Origin: Escherichia phage 4E10
Sequence record: OQ689735.1
DNA length: 64,000 nt
Strand: one strand, 5' to 3'
The notes below the pieces were generated by a model. It did not search any database, was not told the DNA's origin, and worked only from the letters and a program-made list of their open reading frames with translations. Positions 10,926-21,722 of the stretch are shown here, in pieces. The position numbers were made by a program, and so were the translations under genes. The stretch's first letter is position 1. Every line of letters starts with the position of its first letter.

Positions 10926-11606
10926 TTATTTTAATGTTACGAAAGAAGAATTGCGTGTTTCACGAATTAGAACTGATCCGTCACGATTAATGTAGTAAAT
11001 TAAGCTAAATAAAGTTTGGTGTGCCGACGCGTGTTCAAAACTAGTTGGGTGAGATTTCCAATCCGGAGTTTCAGCAATCCACTGGTAAATCCACCAAGGA
11101 ACAGTGCAAAATCCTGGATTTTTTCCAATCAGCTGAAGATTCGGGCTAAAGTTTTCCGGAAGAGTAAATACAGACGGCTTTTCAGATTCAATAATCTCAG
11201 CTACAGCCTGTTCGAATTTTTCTTCAACGAAAGGAGTATCTTCAATCAAAATATTGGTATTTTCAGGAATTTTATCCGTTTCTACGACTTCAATTTTAAT
11301 GTCAGATTTAACCGGAGAATCAATCAGAAGTGCTGCTTCTGGATTGACTTCTTCATCGTCATTTTTTAACCCCTCTGCAGCATCAGCAGCATCGATTAAG
11401 TCTTTAATAGATAACCCATCAGTCTCTGGCATAGGTTCACTAGCGAGCTTCTGGAGGGCTTCTTCAATATCAACAACGATATTATCAAAAGATTTATTCT
11501 TTTTGACTTTTATACCAAACTGTTCAGCATATTCAGCTAATTTAGCTTTAGCTTCTTTATTATCATCAAGAGCCTTCAGCTCTGCAATATAATCTTTATC
11601 TATCAT
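10926..11606 (-). CDS. inh: inhibitor of prohead protease Inh
   Basis: 226-aa ORF, same size and position as T4 inh, downstream of hoc. Confidence 0.8.
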   Translation of the reverse strand: MIDKDYIAELKALDDNKEAKAKLAEYAEQFGIKVKKNKSFDNIVVDIEEALQKLASEPMPETDGLSIKDLIDAADAAEGLKNDDEEVNPEAALLIDSPVKSDIKIEVVETDKIPENTNILIEDTPFVEEKFEQAVAEIIESEKPSVFTLPENFSPNLQLIGKNPGFCTVPWWIYQWIAETPDWKSHPTSFEHASAHQTLFSLIYYINRDGSVLIRETRNSSFVTLK

Positions 11607-11619
11607 AATATTTCCTCAG

Positions 11620-11627
11620 TATAAATA
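11620..11627 (+). promoter_or_regulatory. T4 late promoter motif TATAAATA upstream of uvsW
   Basis: Exact TATAAATA 30 nt upstream of uvsW ATG. Confidence 0.5.
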
Positions 11628-11656
11628 TAGATATATTTATTACATGGTATTTAGAC

Positions 11657-13168
11657 ATGACTGACATTAAAGTACATTTTTATGATTTTAGTCACGTGAG
11701 AATTGATTGTGAAGAAAGTACATTTCATGAACTCCGTGATTTCTTTAGCTTTGAAGCTGATGGGTATCGTTTTAATCCGAAATACAAATATGGTCACTGG
11801 GATGGACGAATCCGTCTTTTAGATTATAATCGTCTTCTTCCATTCGGCTTAGTCGGGCAAATTAAAAAGTTCTGTGATAACTTTGGCTATAAAGCCTGGA
11901 TTGACCCACAAATTAACGAAAAAGAAGAATTATCAAGAAAAGATTTTGATGAATGGATTTCTAAATTAGAAATCTATTCAGGAAATAAAAGAATTGAACC
12001 ACACTGGTATCAAAAAGATGCAGTGTTCGAAGGATTAGTTAATCGTCGTAGAATTCTTAATCTTCCAACATCCGCAGGTAAATCTTTAATTCAAGCTTTG
12101 CTTGCTCGATATTATTTGGAAAATTATGAAGGTAAAATTCTTATCATTGTTCCAACAACTGCTCTGACAACTCAGATGGCTGATGACTTTGTTGACTATC
12201 GTTTATTCAGTCATGCAATGATAAAGAAAATCGGCGGTGGAGCATCAAAAGATGATAAATATAAAAATGATGCACCAGTCGTTGTTGGTACATGGCAAAC
12301 TGTAGTAAAACAACCGAAAGAATGGTTCTCACAGTTTGGAATGATGATGAATGATGAATGTCATCTTGCTACAGGAAAAAGTATTTCATCTATCATATCA
12401 GGTTTAAATAACTGTATGTTTAAATTTGGTTTGTCTGGTTCATTACGTGATGGCAAAGCTAATATCATGCAGTATGTTGGAATGTTTGGTGAAATATTTA
12501 AGCCAGTAACGACTTCTAAATTAATGGAAGATGGACAAGTAACTGAGTTAAAAATTAATAGTATTTTTCTTCGCTATCCCGATGAGTTCACTACTAAATT
12601 AAAGGGAAAAACTTACCAAGAAGAAATAAAAATTATTACTGGACTCAGTAAAAGAAATAAATGGATCGCTAAATTAGCTATTAAGCTTGCGCAAAAAGAT
12701 GAAAACGCTTTTGTCATGTTTAAGCATGTATCACATGGTAAAGCTATTTTCGATTTAATTAAAAATGAATACGATAAAGTTTATTACGTATCAGGGGAAG
12801 TTGATACCGAAACCCGCAATGTAATGAAAACCTTAGCTGAAAACGGTAAAGGAATAATTATAGTAGCTAGTTATGGTGTATTTTCTACTGGTATTTCAGT
12901 TAAAAATCTGCATCACGTTGTTTTAGCACACGGTGTTAAATCTAAAATTATTGTATTGCAAACAATAGGTCGCGTATTACGTAAGCATGGTTCTAAAACA
13001 ATCGCAACAGTCTGGGATCTTATAGATGATTGCGGTGTTAAGCCAAAATCTGCTAATACGAAAAAGAAATACGTTCATTTGAACTATCTTTTAAAACACG
13101 GCATTGATCGTATTCAGCGCTACGCAGATGAAAAATTTAATTACGTAATGAAAACAGTTAATTTATAA
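11657..13168 (+). CDS. uvsW: UvsW DNA/RNA helicase (SF2, recombination and replication restart)
   Basis: 503-aa ORF; Walker A LPTSAGKS, DECH box (MMMNDECHLA); size matches T4 UvsW. Confidence 0.95.
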   Translation: MTDIKVHFYDFSHVRIDCEESTFHELRDFFSFEADGYRFNPKYKYGHWDGRIRLLDYNRLLPFGLVGQIKKFCDNFGYKAWIDPQINEKEELSRKDFDEWISKLEIYSGNKRIEPHWYQKDAVFEGLVNRRRILNLPTSAGKSLIQALLARYYLENYEGKILIIVPTTALTTQMADDFVDYRLFSHAMIKKIGGGASKDDKYKNDAPVVVGTWQTVVKQPKEWFSQFGMMMNDECHLATGKSISSIISGLNNCMFKFGLSGSLRDGKANIMQYVGMFGEIFKPVTTSKLMEDGQVTELKINSIFLRYPDEFTTKLKGKTYQEEIKIITGLSKRNKWIAKLAIKLAQKDENAFVMFKHVSHGKAIFDLIKNEYDKVYYVSGEVDTETRNVMKTLAENGKGIIIVASYGVFSTGISVKNLHHVVLAHGVKSKIIVLQTIGRVLRKHGSKTIATVWDLIDDCGVKPKSANTKKKYVHLNYLLKHGIDRIQRYADEKFNYVMKTVNL

Positions 13169-13180
13169 GGGCTTCGGCCC
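13169..13180 (+). other. intercistronic hairpin GGGC-UUCG-GCCC between uvsW and uvsW.1
   Basis: gggcttcggccc immediately after uvsW stop, followed by UUU and SD of next gene. Confidence 0.45.
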
Positions 13181-13193
13181 TTTGGAGAAAAAG

Positions 13194-13424
13194 ATGTTAC
13201 TAGAATTTAAACAATTTCTTTATGAAGCTTCTATTGATGAATTTATGGGTAAAATTGCCTCTTGTCAAACGATAGAAGGTCTAGAAGAACTTGAAGCTTA
13301 TTATAAGAAAAGAGTTAAAGAAACTGAATTAAAAGATACTGATGACATCTCAGTCAGAGATGCTTTGGCAGGAAAAAGAGCTGAATTAGAAGATTCAGAC
13401 GATGAAGTAGAAGAAAGCTTTTAA
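13194..13424 (+). CDS. uvsW.1: UvsW.1 small acidic protein
   Basis: 76-aa product from ATG at 13194 with GGAG SD (track starts at TTG 13182); position of T4 uvsW.1. Confidence 0.7.
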   Translation: MLLEFKQFLYEASIDEFMGKIASCQTIEGLEELEAYYKKRVKETELKDTDDISVRDALAGKRAELEDSDDEVEESF

Positions 13425-13479
13425 ATTAAAAAAGGCCCAACCAAAAAGGAAGGGCCAAAACTATAGACTAAAGGTCACA

Positions 13480-13647
13480 CTATAGCAAAAGTTGTGTTTC
13501 ATTTAATTGTTCTTCCGAACTTTCTGAAACTGGTAGTTCTTTAATGTAATTATAGCAAGGCCCAGGATGTACAGGACCTTTGTCTGTTTCAACAACCAAT
13601 GCAGAATCGATTGGAGTTTTACAGACAACGCAAATCTTATCTGACAT
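13480..13647 (-). CDS. small Cys-containing protein (position of T4 uvsY.-2), 55 aa, not in ORF track
   Basis: Manual translation of - strand: MSDKICVVCKTPIDSALVVETDKGPVHPGPCYNYIKELPVSESSEEQLNETQLLL; GAGGAG SD 7 nt upstream; late promoter motif upstream. Confidence 0.55.
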   Translation of the reverse strand: MSDKICVVCKTPIDSALVVETDKGPVHPGPCYNYIKELPVSESSEEQLNETQLLL

Positions 13648-13672
13648 GATTGTCTCCTCTAAATTATATATC

Positions 13673-13680
13673 TATTTATA
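13673..13680 (-). promoter_or_regulatory. late promoter motif TATAAATA (- strand) upstream of the 55-aa ORF
   Basis: tatttata on + strand = TATAAATA on - strand, 26 nt upstream of ATG at 13647. Confidence 0.45.
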
Positions 13681-13900
13681 TAACTCTCATATGCATATCA
13701 ATGCCCATATCTTTAGAATAAAAATATTCATCAAGATATCCAGCAAATTTTCCTTTAACATAAAGTACATCTTCACCGCATGGGTGGTCGGTCAGGATAC
13801 GAATATCCTGACGCTTGAGATTGTACTTTTTCATTAAGAATTGAATTTCCGTTTCAAATTCTTCTTCATAATTAAAAGCATCATCAATGCTATATTTCAT
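13676..13900 (-). CDS. hypothetical protein (position of T4 uvsY.-1)
   Basis: 74-aa ORF with ATG start overlapping uvsY stop. Confidence 0.65.
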   Translation of the reverse strand: MKYSIDDAFNYEEEFETEIQFLMKKYNLKRQDIRILTDHPCGEDVLYVKGKFAGYLDEYFYSKDMGIDMHMRVI

Positions 13901-14313
13901 TATTTTCCAGCCTCAAATGCTCGCATGTCTTGAATATGCTTAATAGCAAATCCGCGTGATTTAATAGCATCAAGAGCTCCGCTACAGAAATCCAATAAAA
14001 TTCCCCAATATTGTAATGAAGTATCAACTTTTAAAACATCCTTATCAGCTGATAGAACTGTCTTCATTTCTGATTTCTCATAACGGTCCATACTAAATTC
14101 ATCACCATCTCCTCGTCCCGAGTAGTAGTCTAATTTAGCTTTAAGAGCAACTTTTTTCTGCGCATCAATTCTAAGCATTTCCTTTTTAATACTTGAATGC
14201 TTATTGAGCCATTTACTATATAACATCACATTATTAGCTGCTTCATACTGTAATTTAGTCGAATCTATAAACACATCTTTCTTCAATTCTTCTTGAAGAT
14301 CTTCTAATCTCAT
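13900..14313 (-). CDS. uvsY: UvsY recombination mediator protein
   Basis: 137-aa ORF; sequence MRLEDLQEELKKDVFIDSTKLQYEAANNVMLYSKWLNKH... matches T4 UvsY from memory. Confidence 0.92.
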   Translation of the reverse strand: MRLEDLQEELKKDVFIDSTKLQYEAANNVMLYSKWLNKHSSIKKEMLRIDAQKKVALKAKLDYYSGRGDGDEFSMDRYEKSEMKTVLSADKDVLKVDTSLQYWGILLDFCSGALDAIKSRGFAIKHIQDMRAFEAGK

Positions 14314-14379
14314 ATTGTTCTCTATTCAATTGTTATTGGATGGACTTAGATTCATTATACCACGTTTATACGTGAAGCA

Positions 14380-14778
14380 TTATACTCTGTTACTGGAAGC
14401 CAGTTGTAGTTTTATCTGCTCAATATCATCAGGGTTATCGATGACTGAAAAGCGTATTTCTACTATCAGAGTATAATCATCATAAACCGGTATTACATTA
14501 ACTGCTAATTTATCAATACGTGGCTCGTAGTTTCTTACTGCGCTTTCAATGTTACGCTCAACGGTATCAGCAGTAAGAGGAGTCATATTCTCAAAAAGCT
14601 GATCAGATAAATCGCATCCAAATTCTGGGTCAAATGGCCTTGACCCTTTCCTGGTTGTAATAATTCCTAAAAGGCTATTTTTAATTGACCTTAATCCAAG
14701 AGATCTTGAAACATCTTTGTCCCAATCCATTTTCATTTCTGGGTCAATGTCAGAATAAAGCTTATTAATATTTGCCAT
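14380..14778 (-). CDS. 25: baseplate wedge subunit gp25
   Basis: 132-aa ORF, size and position of T4 gp25; GPW/gp25 family features. Confidence 0.88.
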   Translation of the reverse strand: MANINKLYSDIDPEMKMDWDKDVSRSLGLRSIKNSLLGIITTRKGSRPFDPEFGCDLSDQLFENMTPLTADTVERNIESAVRNYEPRIDKLAVNVIPVYDDYTLIVEIRFSVIDNPDDIEQIKLQLASSNRV

Positions 14779-15404
14779 TACAATAGCTCAAAGAATTCTT
14801 TGAGCCCTCTTATTACATGAGCGTGAGTTTTTCCACACTCTGGACACTTAATTGGAACAGCCAAATAAACAGTAGGCTTTAAAAGCATATCTTTTATAGC
14901 TACAATATCTGACTCTGTGATGATAGAGTATAAATCTTCCAGTTCTTTTTCATTTAAGTCTTCAACTGGAATGCTTTCACCATTAGCATGAATCGTTTCT
15001 ATGCATGATACTATCATGTGGGCTATATTTTTATCATCAAAAATTTTAGGGTAATGGAACTTAATTTTAATGTCACCCAGTGTATACCAGAGGTCTTCTG
15101 GTGCATCTATTTGTGTATGTAATAGATTTATATGGGTTGGTATTTCAGTTCCACAGGTGCACTTCCAGGAGTTTTCGTGATTAACTTCTCCAAGAGAATG
15201 CGCCCATAAATGAATCAACAGTAGTTCTGATTCTTGACGGTTTAAATCTTTTGCATTTGTACAGTCTTTAATTAGCTTTTTAACGATCTCTTCTACTGAA
15301 CCGTTCTTTTTAGCAGTAATAAGTTCTAGATATTCTTTAAGAGTAAATGCGCGGCAGTTGATTATTTTAGAACCAACTCTCACGTCAAATTTGTATTCAT
15401 ACAT
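14778..15404 (-). CDS. 26: baseplate hub subunit gp26
   Basis: 208-aa ORF; start overlaps... stop overlaps gene 25 start; T4 synteny. Confidence 0.82.
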   Translation of the reverse strand: MYEYKFDVRVGSKIINCRAFTLKEYLELITAKKNGSVEEIVKKLIKDCTNAKDLNRQESELLLIHLWAHSLGEVNHENSWKCTCGTEIPTHINLLHTQIDAPEDLWYTLGDIKIKFHYPKIFDDKNIAHMIVSCIETIHANGESIPVEDLNEKELEDLYSIITESDIVAIKDMLLKPTVYLAVPIKCPECGKTHAHVIRGLKEFFELL

Positions 15405-15425
15405 ATTTAGCTCCTTTATTTATCA

Positions 15426-15433
15426 TATTTATA
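15426..15433 (-). promoter_or_regulatory. late promoter motif TATAAATA on - strand for genes 26-25
   Basis: tatttata on + strand 22 nt upstream of gene 26 ATG. Confidence 0.45.
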
Positions 15434-15437
15434 AATA
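15430..15437 (+). promoter_or_regulatory. late promoter motif TATAAATA on + strand for gene 51
   Basis: Exact TATAAATA 18 nt upstream of gene 51 ATG; overlaps the - strand motif (palindromic core tttataaata). Confidence 0.5.
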
Positions 15438-15454
15438 GAATAAAAGGAGCATCT

Positions 15455-16204
15455 ATGGCAAACATTATTCGTTGTAAATTACCAGATGGTGTTCATCGTT
15501 TTAAACCATTTACGGTAGAAGATTATCGAGATTTTTTGTTAGTTCGAAACGATATAGAACATCGGTCACCACAAGAACAAAAAGAAATAATTGCTGATTT
15601 AATTGCTGATTATTTTGGAGACTATCCGAAGACTTGGCAACCATTTATATTTTTGCAGGTATTTGTAGGGTCAATAGGTAAAACTAAAGTACCGGTCACA
15701 TTTGTGTGTCCAAAATGTAAAAAAGAAAAGACAGTTCCATTTGAAATATATCAAAAAGAATTAAAGGAACCTGTTTTTGATGTAGCTAATGTTAAAATTA
15801 AATTAAAGTTTCCTTCTGAGTTTTATGAAAATAAAGCAAAGATGATTACTGAAAATATTCATTCTGTTCAAGTAGATGAAATATGGTATGATTGGAAGGA
15901 AATTAGCGAATCGAGTCAAATAGAACTTGTTGATGCCATCGAGATAGAAACATTAGAAAAAATTCTCGATGCAATGAATCCTATTAATTTAACATTGCAT
16001 ATGTCATGTTGTAATAAGTATGTAAAAAAATACACTGATATAGTAGATGTGTTTAAGCTATTAGTTAACCCAGATGAAATATTTACTTTTTATCAAATCA
16101 ATCACACGCTCGTAAAAAGTAATTATAGCTTAAATTCAATAATGAAAATGATTCCTGCTGAGCGCGGATTCGTATTAAAACTGATTGAGAAGGATAAACA
16201 ATAA
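15455..16204 (+). CDS. 51: baseplate hub assembly catalyst gp51
   Basis: 249-aa ORF, same size and position as T4 gp51. Confidence 0.85.
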   Translation: MANIIRCKLPDGVHRFKPFTVEDYRDFLLVRNDIEHRSPQEQKEIIADLIADYFGDYPKTWQPFIFLQVFVGSIGKTKVPVTFVCPKCKKEKTVPFEIYQKELKEPVFDVANVKIKLKFPSEFYENKAKMITENIHSVQVDEIWYDWKEISESSQIELVDAIEIETLEKILDAMNPINLTLHMSCCNKYVKKYTDIVDVFKLLVNPDEIFTFYQINHTLVKSNYSLNSIMKMIPAERGFVLKLIEKDKQ

Positions 16205-17379
16205 TGAGTATGTTGCAACGCCCAGGATATCCAAATCTCAGCGTTAAATTATTTGATAGCTACGACGCTTGGAGTAATAATAGATTTGTTGAATTAGCTG
16301 CTACTATTACCACATTAACTATGCGGGATTCTCTTTATGGCCGAAATGAAGGAATGCTGCAGTTTTATGATTCTAAAAATATCCATACAAAAATGGATGG
16401 AAATGAAATAATTCAGATTTCTGTAGCTAATGCAAACGATATTAATAATGTTAAAACACGAATTTATGGATGTAAGCATTTTTCCGTGTCAGTAGATTCA
16501 AAGGGTGATAACATCATTGCTATTGAATTGGGAACTATTCATTCTATAGAAAATCTTAAATTTGGCAGACCGTTTTTCTCTGATGCAGGTGAATCTATAA
16601 AGGAAATGCTTGGTGTCATTTATCAGGATCGCACGTTATTAACTCCAGCAATAAATGCTATAAATGCTTATGTTCCTGATATTCCATGGACTAGCACATT
16701 TGAAAACTATTTGTCGTATGTCAGAGAAGTTGCTCTAGCTGTAGGAAGTGACAAATTTGTATTTGTGTGGCAAGACATCATGGGAGTTAACATGATGGAC
16801 TATGATATGATGATAAATCAAGAACCATATCCAATGATTGTCGGTGAGCCATCTTTAATAGGTCAATTCATCCAAGAATTAAAATATCCATTAGCATATG
16901 ATTTCGTTTGGTTGACTAAATCGAATCCTCACAAACGCGACCCAATGAAAAATGCTACTATTTATGCTCATTCATTTTTAGATTCTTCATTGCCAATGAT
17001 TACTACAGGAAAGGGAGAAAACTCTATTGTAGTATCAAGGTCAGGTGCTTATTCTGAAATGACTTATAGGAATGGCTATGAAGAAGCTATTCGTCTTCAA
17101 ACTATGGCGCAATATGACGGCTATGCTAAATGTTCTACTGTCGGTAATTTTAACTTGACTCCTGGCGTTAAAATTATTTTTAATGATAGTAAAAACCAAT
17201 TTAAAACAGAATTTTACGTTGATGAAGTTATCCATGAATTATCCAATAATAATTCAGTAACTCATCTATATATGTTCACTAATGCAACGAAACTGGAAAC
17301 AATAGACCCAGTTAAGGTTAAAAATGAATTTAAATCTGATACTACCACTGAAGAAAGTAGTTCTTCCAATAAGCAATAA
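16204..17379 (+). CDS. 27: baseplate hub subunit gp27
   Basis: 391-aa ORF, same size as T4 gp27; ATGA overlap with gene 51. Confidence 0.9.
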   Translation: MSMLQRPGYPNLSVKLFDSYDAWSNNRFVELAATITTLTMRDSLYGRNEGMLQFYDSKNIHTKMDGNEIIQISVANANDINNVKTRIYGCKHFSVSVDSKGDNIIAIELGTIHSIENLKFGRPFFSDAGESIKEMLGVIYQDRTLLTPAINAINAYVPDIPWTSTFENYLSYVREVALAVGSDKFVFVWQDIMGVNMMDYDMMINQEPYPMIVGEPSLIGQFIQELKYPLAYDFVWLTKSNPHKRDPMKNATIYAHSFLDSSLPMITTGKGENSIVVSRSGAYSEMTYRNGYEEAIRLQTMAQYDGYAKCSTVGNFNLTPGVKIIFNDSKNQFKTEFYVDEVIHELSNNNSVTHLYMFTNATKLETIDPVKVKNEFKSDTTTEESSSSNKQ

Positions 17380-17857
17380 AGAAGTTTCTATTCCTAAAAT
17401 GGGTCTTAAACATTATAACATTTTAAAAGATGTTAAAGGTCCTGATGAAAATTTAAAACTTCTTATTGATTCTATTTGTCCGAATTTATCACCAGCAGAA
17501 GTTGATTTTGTTTCTATTCATTTATTGGAATTTAATGGAAAGATTAAATCTCGTAAAGAAATAGATGGTTATACTTATGACATTAATGATGTTTATGTGT
17601 GCCAAAGATTAGAATTTCAATACCAAGGAAATACATTTTATTTTAGACCTCCTGGAAAATTTGAACAATTTTTAACAGTGAGCGATATGTTATCCAAATG
17701 CTTGCTTAAGGTCAATGATGAAGTTAAAGAAATTAATTTTCTTGAGATGCCAGCATTCGTTTTAAAATGGGCAAATGATATTTTTACAACTTTAGCAATT
17801 CCTGGCCCTAATGGTCCAATAACTGGAATTGGTAATATTATTGGATTATTTGAATGA
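17324..17857 (+). CDS. 28: baseplate hub distal subunit gp28
   Basis: 177-aa ORF, size of T4 gp28; ATG at 17324 overlaps 3-prime end of gene 27 by 56 nt in another frame. Confidence 0.8.
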   Translation: MNLNLILPLKKVVLPISNKEVSIPKMGLKHYNILKDVKGPDENLKLLIDSICPNLSPAEVDFVSIHLLEFNGKIKSRKEIDGYTYDINDVYVCQRLEFQYQGNTFYFRPPGKFEQFLTVSDMLSKCLLKVNDEVKEINFLEMPAFVLKWANDIFTTLAIPGPNGPITGIGNIIGLFE

Positions 17858-19626
17858 AAAAGCCACAAGAAATGCAAACGATGCGTAGAAAAGTTATTTC
17901 AGATAATAAACCAACACAGGAAGCGGCTAAATCCGCTTCCAATACTCTATCTGGACTTAACGATATATCTACGAAATTGGATGATGCTCAAGCTGCTTCT
18001 GAATTAATTGCTCAAACTGTCGAAGAAAAATCGAATGAAATAATTGGAGCAATTGACAATGTAGAAAGCGCAGTGAGTGATACTACTGCTGGTTCTGAGT
18101 TAATTGCTGAAACTGTCGAAATTGGCAATAATATTAATAAAGAAATCGGTGAATCGCTCGGAAGTAAATTAGATAAATTAACGAGTTTACTCGAGCAAAA
18201 AATCCAGACAGCCGGAATTCAACAAACAGGAACTAGTTTAGCTACGGTTGAAAGCGCTATTCCTGTTAAAGTTGTTGAGGACGATACAGCTGAATCTGTG
18301 GGTCCTTTATTACCAGCTCCTGAAGCAGTTAATAATGATCCTGATGCTGATTTTTTCCCTACCCCTCAACCAGTTGAACCCAAACAAGAATCGCCAGAAG
18401 AAAAACAGAAAAAAGAAGCATTTAACTTAAAATTATCTCAAGCTTTAGATAAATTAACAAAGACTGTTGATTTCGGATTTAAGAAATCCATTTCAATTAC
18501 TGATAAAATATCAAGCATGCTATTTAAGTATACCGTCAGTGCTGCTATTGAAGCTGCTAAAATGACTGCAATGATATTGGCTGTTGTTGTTGGAATAGAC
18601 CTGTTGATGGTTCATTTCAAATATTGGTCAGATAAATTTTCACAGGCATGGGATTTATTTAGTACAGACTTTACTAAATTCTCTAGTGAAACGGGAACAT
18701 GGGGTCCTTTATTACAGAGCATCTTTAGTTCTATCGATGAAATTAAAAAATTCTGGGAAGCGGGAGATTGGGGTGGTTTGACGGTAGCTATTGTAGAAGG
18801 GCTTGGAAAGGTTCTTTATAATTTAGGAGAACTTATTCAGCTTGGAATGGCTAAATTATCAGCAGCAATTCTTCGAGTTATTCCTGGTATGAAGGATACC
18901 GCTGATGAAGTAGAAGGAAGAGCGCTGGAAAATTTCCAAAATTCTACTGGAGCATCTCTCAATAAAGAAGACCAAGAAAAAGTAGCAAATTATCAAGATA
19001 AACGAATGAATGACGATCTTGGTCCAATAGCAAAAGGATTAGATAAAATTGCTAATTGGAAAACCCGTGCATCTAACTGGATTCGTGGCGTTGATAATAA
19101 AGAAGCATTGACAACCGATGAAGAACGCGCAGCAGAAGAAGAAAAATTAAAGCAACTTTCACCTGAAGAAAGAAAAAATGCTTTAATGAAAGCTAATGAA
19201 GCTCGTGCCGCGATGATTCGTTTTGAAAAATACGCTGATTCGGCTGATATGAGTAAAGACTCAACGGTTAAATCAGTTGAAGCTGCCTATGAAGACCTTA
19301 AAAAACGAATGGATGACCCGGATTTAAATAATTCACCGGCAGTTAAAAAAGAACTTGCTGCTAGATTTTCTAAAATTGATGCTACTTATCAAGAGCTCAA
19401 GAAAAATCAGCCTAATGCCAAGCCTGAAACTTCTGCTAAATCACCAGAAGCAAAACAAGTCCAGGTAATAGAAAAGAACAAAGCACAGCAAGCTCCTGTT
19501 CAACAAGCATCTCCTTCGATCAATAATACTAATAATGTTGTTAAGAAAAATACTGTCGTTCATAATATGACACCCGTAACGAGCACGACTGCTCCTGGTG
19601 TATTTGATGCGACTGGAGTTAATTAA
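17854..19626 (+). CDS. 29: baseplate hub subunit / tail length determinator gp29
   Basis: 590-aa ORF, size and position of T4 gp29; ATGA overlap with gene 28. Confidence 0.9.
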   Translation: MKKPQEMQTMRRKVISDNKPTQEAAKSASNTLSGLNDISTKLDDAQAASELIAQTVEEKSNEIIGAIDNVESAVSDTTAGSELIAETVEIGNNINKEIGESLGSKLDKLTSLLEQKIQTAGIQQTGTSLATVESAIPVKVVEDDTAESVGPLLPAPEAVNNDPDADFFPTPQPVEPKQESPEEKQKKEAFNLKLSQALDKLTKTVDFGFKKSISITDKISSMLFKYTVSAAIEAAKMTAMILAVVVGIDLLMVHFKYWSDKFSQAWDLFSTDFTKFSSETGTWGPLLQSIFSSIDEIKKFWEAGDWGGLTVAIVEGLGKVLYNLGELIQLGMAKLSAAILRVIPGMKDTADEVEGRALENFQNSTGASLNKEDQEKVANYQDKRMNDDLGPIAKGLDKIANWKTRASNWIRGVDNKEALTTDEERAAEEEKLKQLSPEERKNALMKANEARAAMIRFEKYADSADMSKDSTVKSVEAAYEDLKKRMDDPDLNNSPAVKKELAARFSKIDATYQELKKNQPNAKPETSAKSPEAKQVQVIEKNKAQQAPVQQASPSINNTNNVVKKNTVVHNMTPVTSTTAPGVFDATGVN

Positions 19627-19634
19627 GGAATAAT

Positions 19635-20729
19635 ATGGCAATTGTTAAAGAAATAACTGCTGATTTAATTAAAAAGTCCGGCGAGAAAATTTCAGCCGGA
19701 CAGAGTACTAAATCAGAAGTAGCAACTAAAACATACACCGCCCAGTTTCCAACTGGGCGTGCTAGTGGTAATGACACTACAGGGGACTTCCAGGTAACAG
19801 ATCTATATAAGAATGGATTATTATTTACTGCATACAATATGTCATCTAGGGATTCTGGAAGTCTTAGATCGATGAGATCTAACTACTCTTCTTCATCTTC
19901 GAGTATTTTAAGTACAGCTAGAAACACTATTAGTAGTACAGTATCAAAACTATCAAATGGATTAATATCAAACAATAATTCAGGAACAATAAGTAAAGCT
20001 CCTGTCGCAAACATTCTTTTACCGAGATCTAAATCTGACGTTGATACATCATCACATAGATTTAATGATGTTCAAGAAAGTCTTATCAGCAGAGGCGGAG
20101 GTACTGCTACTGGTGTGTTAAGTAATATTGCTTCAACTGCAGTATTTGGGGCACTGGAAAGTATAACACAAGGTATAATGGCTGATAATAATGAACAGAT
20201 TTATACGACAGCCAGAAGTATGTATGGTGGTGCTGAGAATAGAACTAAAGTGTTTACATGGGATTTGACTCCACGTTCAACAGAAGATTTGATGGCTATT
20301 ATCAATATCTATCAATATTTTAACTATTTTTCTTATGGTGAAACGGGCAAATCTCAATATGCTGCTGAAATAAAGGGGTATTTAGATGATTGGTATCGTT
20401 CTACGTTAATTGAACCTTTATCTCCGGAAGACGCAGCTAAAAATAAAACACTATTTGAGAAAATGACATCGAGTTTAACTAACGTTCTAGTAGTTTCAAA
20501 CCCGACAATTTGGATGGTGAAAAACTTTGGTGCAACGTCTAAGTTTGATGGAAAAACGGAAATATTTGGCCCATGCCAAATACAGAGCATCAGATTTGAT
20601 AAAACACCTAATGGTAACTTTAACGGATTAGCTATTGCTCCAAACCTCCCTAGTACATTTACTCTTGAGATTACTATGAGAGAAATTATCACGTTAAACC
20701 GTGCTTCTTTATATGCGGGGACTTTTTAA
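19635..20729 (+). CDS. 48: baseplate tail tube cap gp48
   Basis: 364-aa ORF, size and position of T4 gp48. Confidence 0.9.
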   Translation: MAIVKEITADLIKKSGEKISAGQSTKSEVATKTYTAQFPTGRASGNDTTGDFQVTDLYKNGLLFTAYNMSSRDSGSLRSMRSNYSSSSSSILSTARNTISSTVSKLSNGLISNNNSGTISKAPVANILLPRSKSDVDTSSHRFNDVQESLISRGGGTATGVLSNIASTAVFGALESITQGIMADNNEQIYTTARSMYGGAENRTKVFTWDLTPRSTEDLMAIINIYQYFNYFSYGETGKSQYAAEIKGYLDDWYRSTLIEPLSPEDAAKNKTLFEKMTSSLTNVLVVSNPTIWMVKNFGATSKFDGKTEIFGPCQIQSIRFDKTPNGNFNGLAIAPNLPSTFTLEITMREIITLNRASLYAGTF

Positions 20730-21694
20730 TGTATTCTTTAGAGGAATTTAATAATCAAGCAATAAACGCAGATTTTCAACGTAATAATATGTTTAGCTGC
20801 GTTTTTGCGACAACTCCATCAACTAAAAGCTCTTCGTTGATAAGTTCAATTAGCAACTTTTCTTATAATAACTTGGGTCTAAATTCAGACTGGTTAGGAT
20901 TGTCTCAAGGCGATATTAATCAGGGAATTACCACGCTAATTACTGCTGGCACACAAAAACTGATAAGAAAATCAGGTGTTAGTAAATATCTTATTGGTGC
21001 CATGAGTCAACGCACAGTTCAAAGTTTATTGGGCTCATTTACAGTTGGTACATATTTAATTGACTTCTTTAATATGGCATATAACTCATCTGGGTTGATG
21101 ATATATTCTGTAAAAATGCCAGAGAATAGATTATCCTATGAAACTGACTGGAACTATAACTCTCCTAATATTCGTATAACTGGGAGAGAATTAGACCCTT
21201 TGGTTATTTCATTTAGAATGGATTCAGAAGCTTGTAACTATCGTGCAATGCAAGACTGGGTTAACGCTGTTCAAGACCCAGTAACTGGACTGCGTGCTTT
21301 GCCACAAGATGTCGAGGCAGATATTCAGGTTAATCTTCATGCTCGTAATGGATTACCTCATACTGCAGTGATGTTCACCGGATGCATTCCAGTGTCAGTG
21401 AGCGCTCCTGAGTTATCATATGATGGAGATAACCAAATAACTACATTTGATGTTACTTTTGCGTATAGAGTCATGCAGGCTGGGTCGGTTGATAGACAAG
21501 CTGCGCTTGAGTGGCTTGAATCTGCTGCTATAAATGGCATTCAAAGCGTTCTCGGAAATAGCGGAGGTGTTACTGGATTATCTAATTCGCTTTCACGACT
21601 TAGTAGATTAGGGGGAACTGCTGGAAGCATTTCAAACATTAATACTATGACAGGAATTGTCAACTCGCAAAGTAAAATATTAGGAGCAATATAA
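20729..21694 (+). CDS. 54: baseplate tail tube initiator gp54
   Basis: 321-aa ORF, size and position of T4 gp54; ATGA overlap with gene 48. Confidence 0.9.
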   Translation: MYSLEEFNNQAINADFQRNNMFSCVFATTPSTKSSSLISSISNFSYNNLGLNSDWLGLSQGDINQGITTLITAGTQKLIRKSGVSKYLIGAMSQRTVQSLLGSFTVGTYLIDFFNMAYNSSGLMIYSVKMPENRLSYETDWNYNSPNIRITGRELDPLVISFRMDSEACNYRAMQDWVNAVQDPVTGLRALPQDVEADIQVNLHARNGLPHTAVMFTGCIPVSVSAPELSYDGDNQITTFDVTFAYRVMQAGSVDRQAALEWLESAAINGIQSVLGNSGGVTGLSNSLSRLSRLGGTAGSISNINTMTGIVNSQSKILGAI

Positions 21695-21698
21695 CAAT

Positions 21699-21716
21699 GG
21701 GGACCGAAAGGTCCCC
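21699..21716. terminator. GAAA-tetraloop hairpin (GGGGACC-GAAA-GGUCCCC) between convergent gene 54 and alt-region genes
   Basis: 7-bp perfect GC-rich inverted repeat seen directly. Confidence 0.6.
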
Positions 21717-21722
21717 ATATTT

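Noticed and set aside
11016-11592. + strand ORFs 11016-11369 and 11254-11592 overlapping inh
   Set aside because: Low-complexity translations antisense to the inh gene; inh assignment fits T4 synteny better
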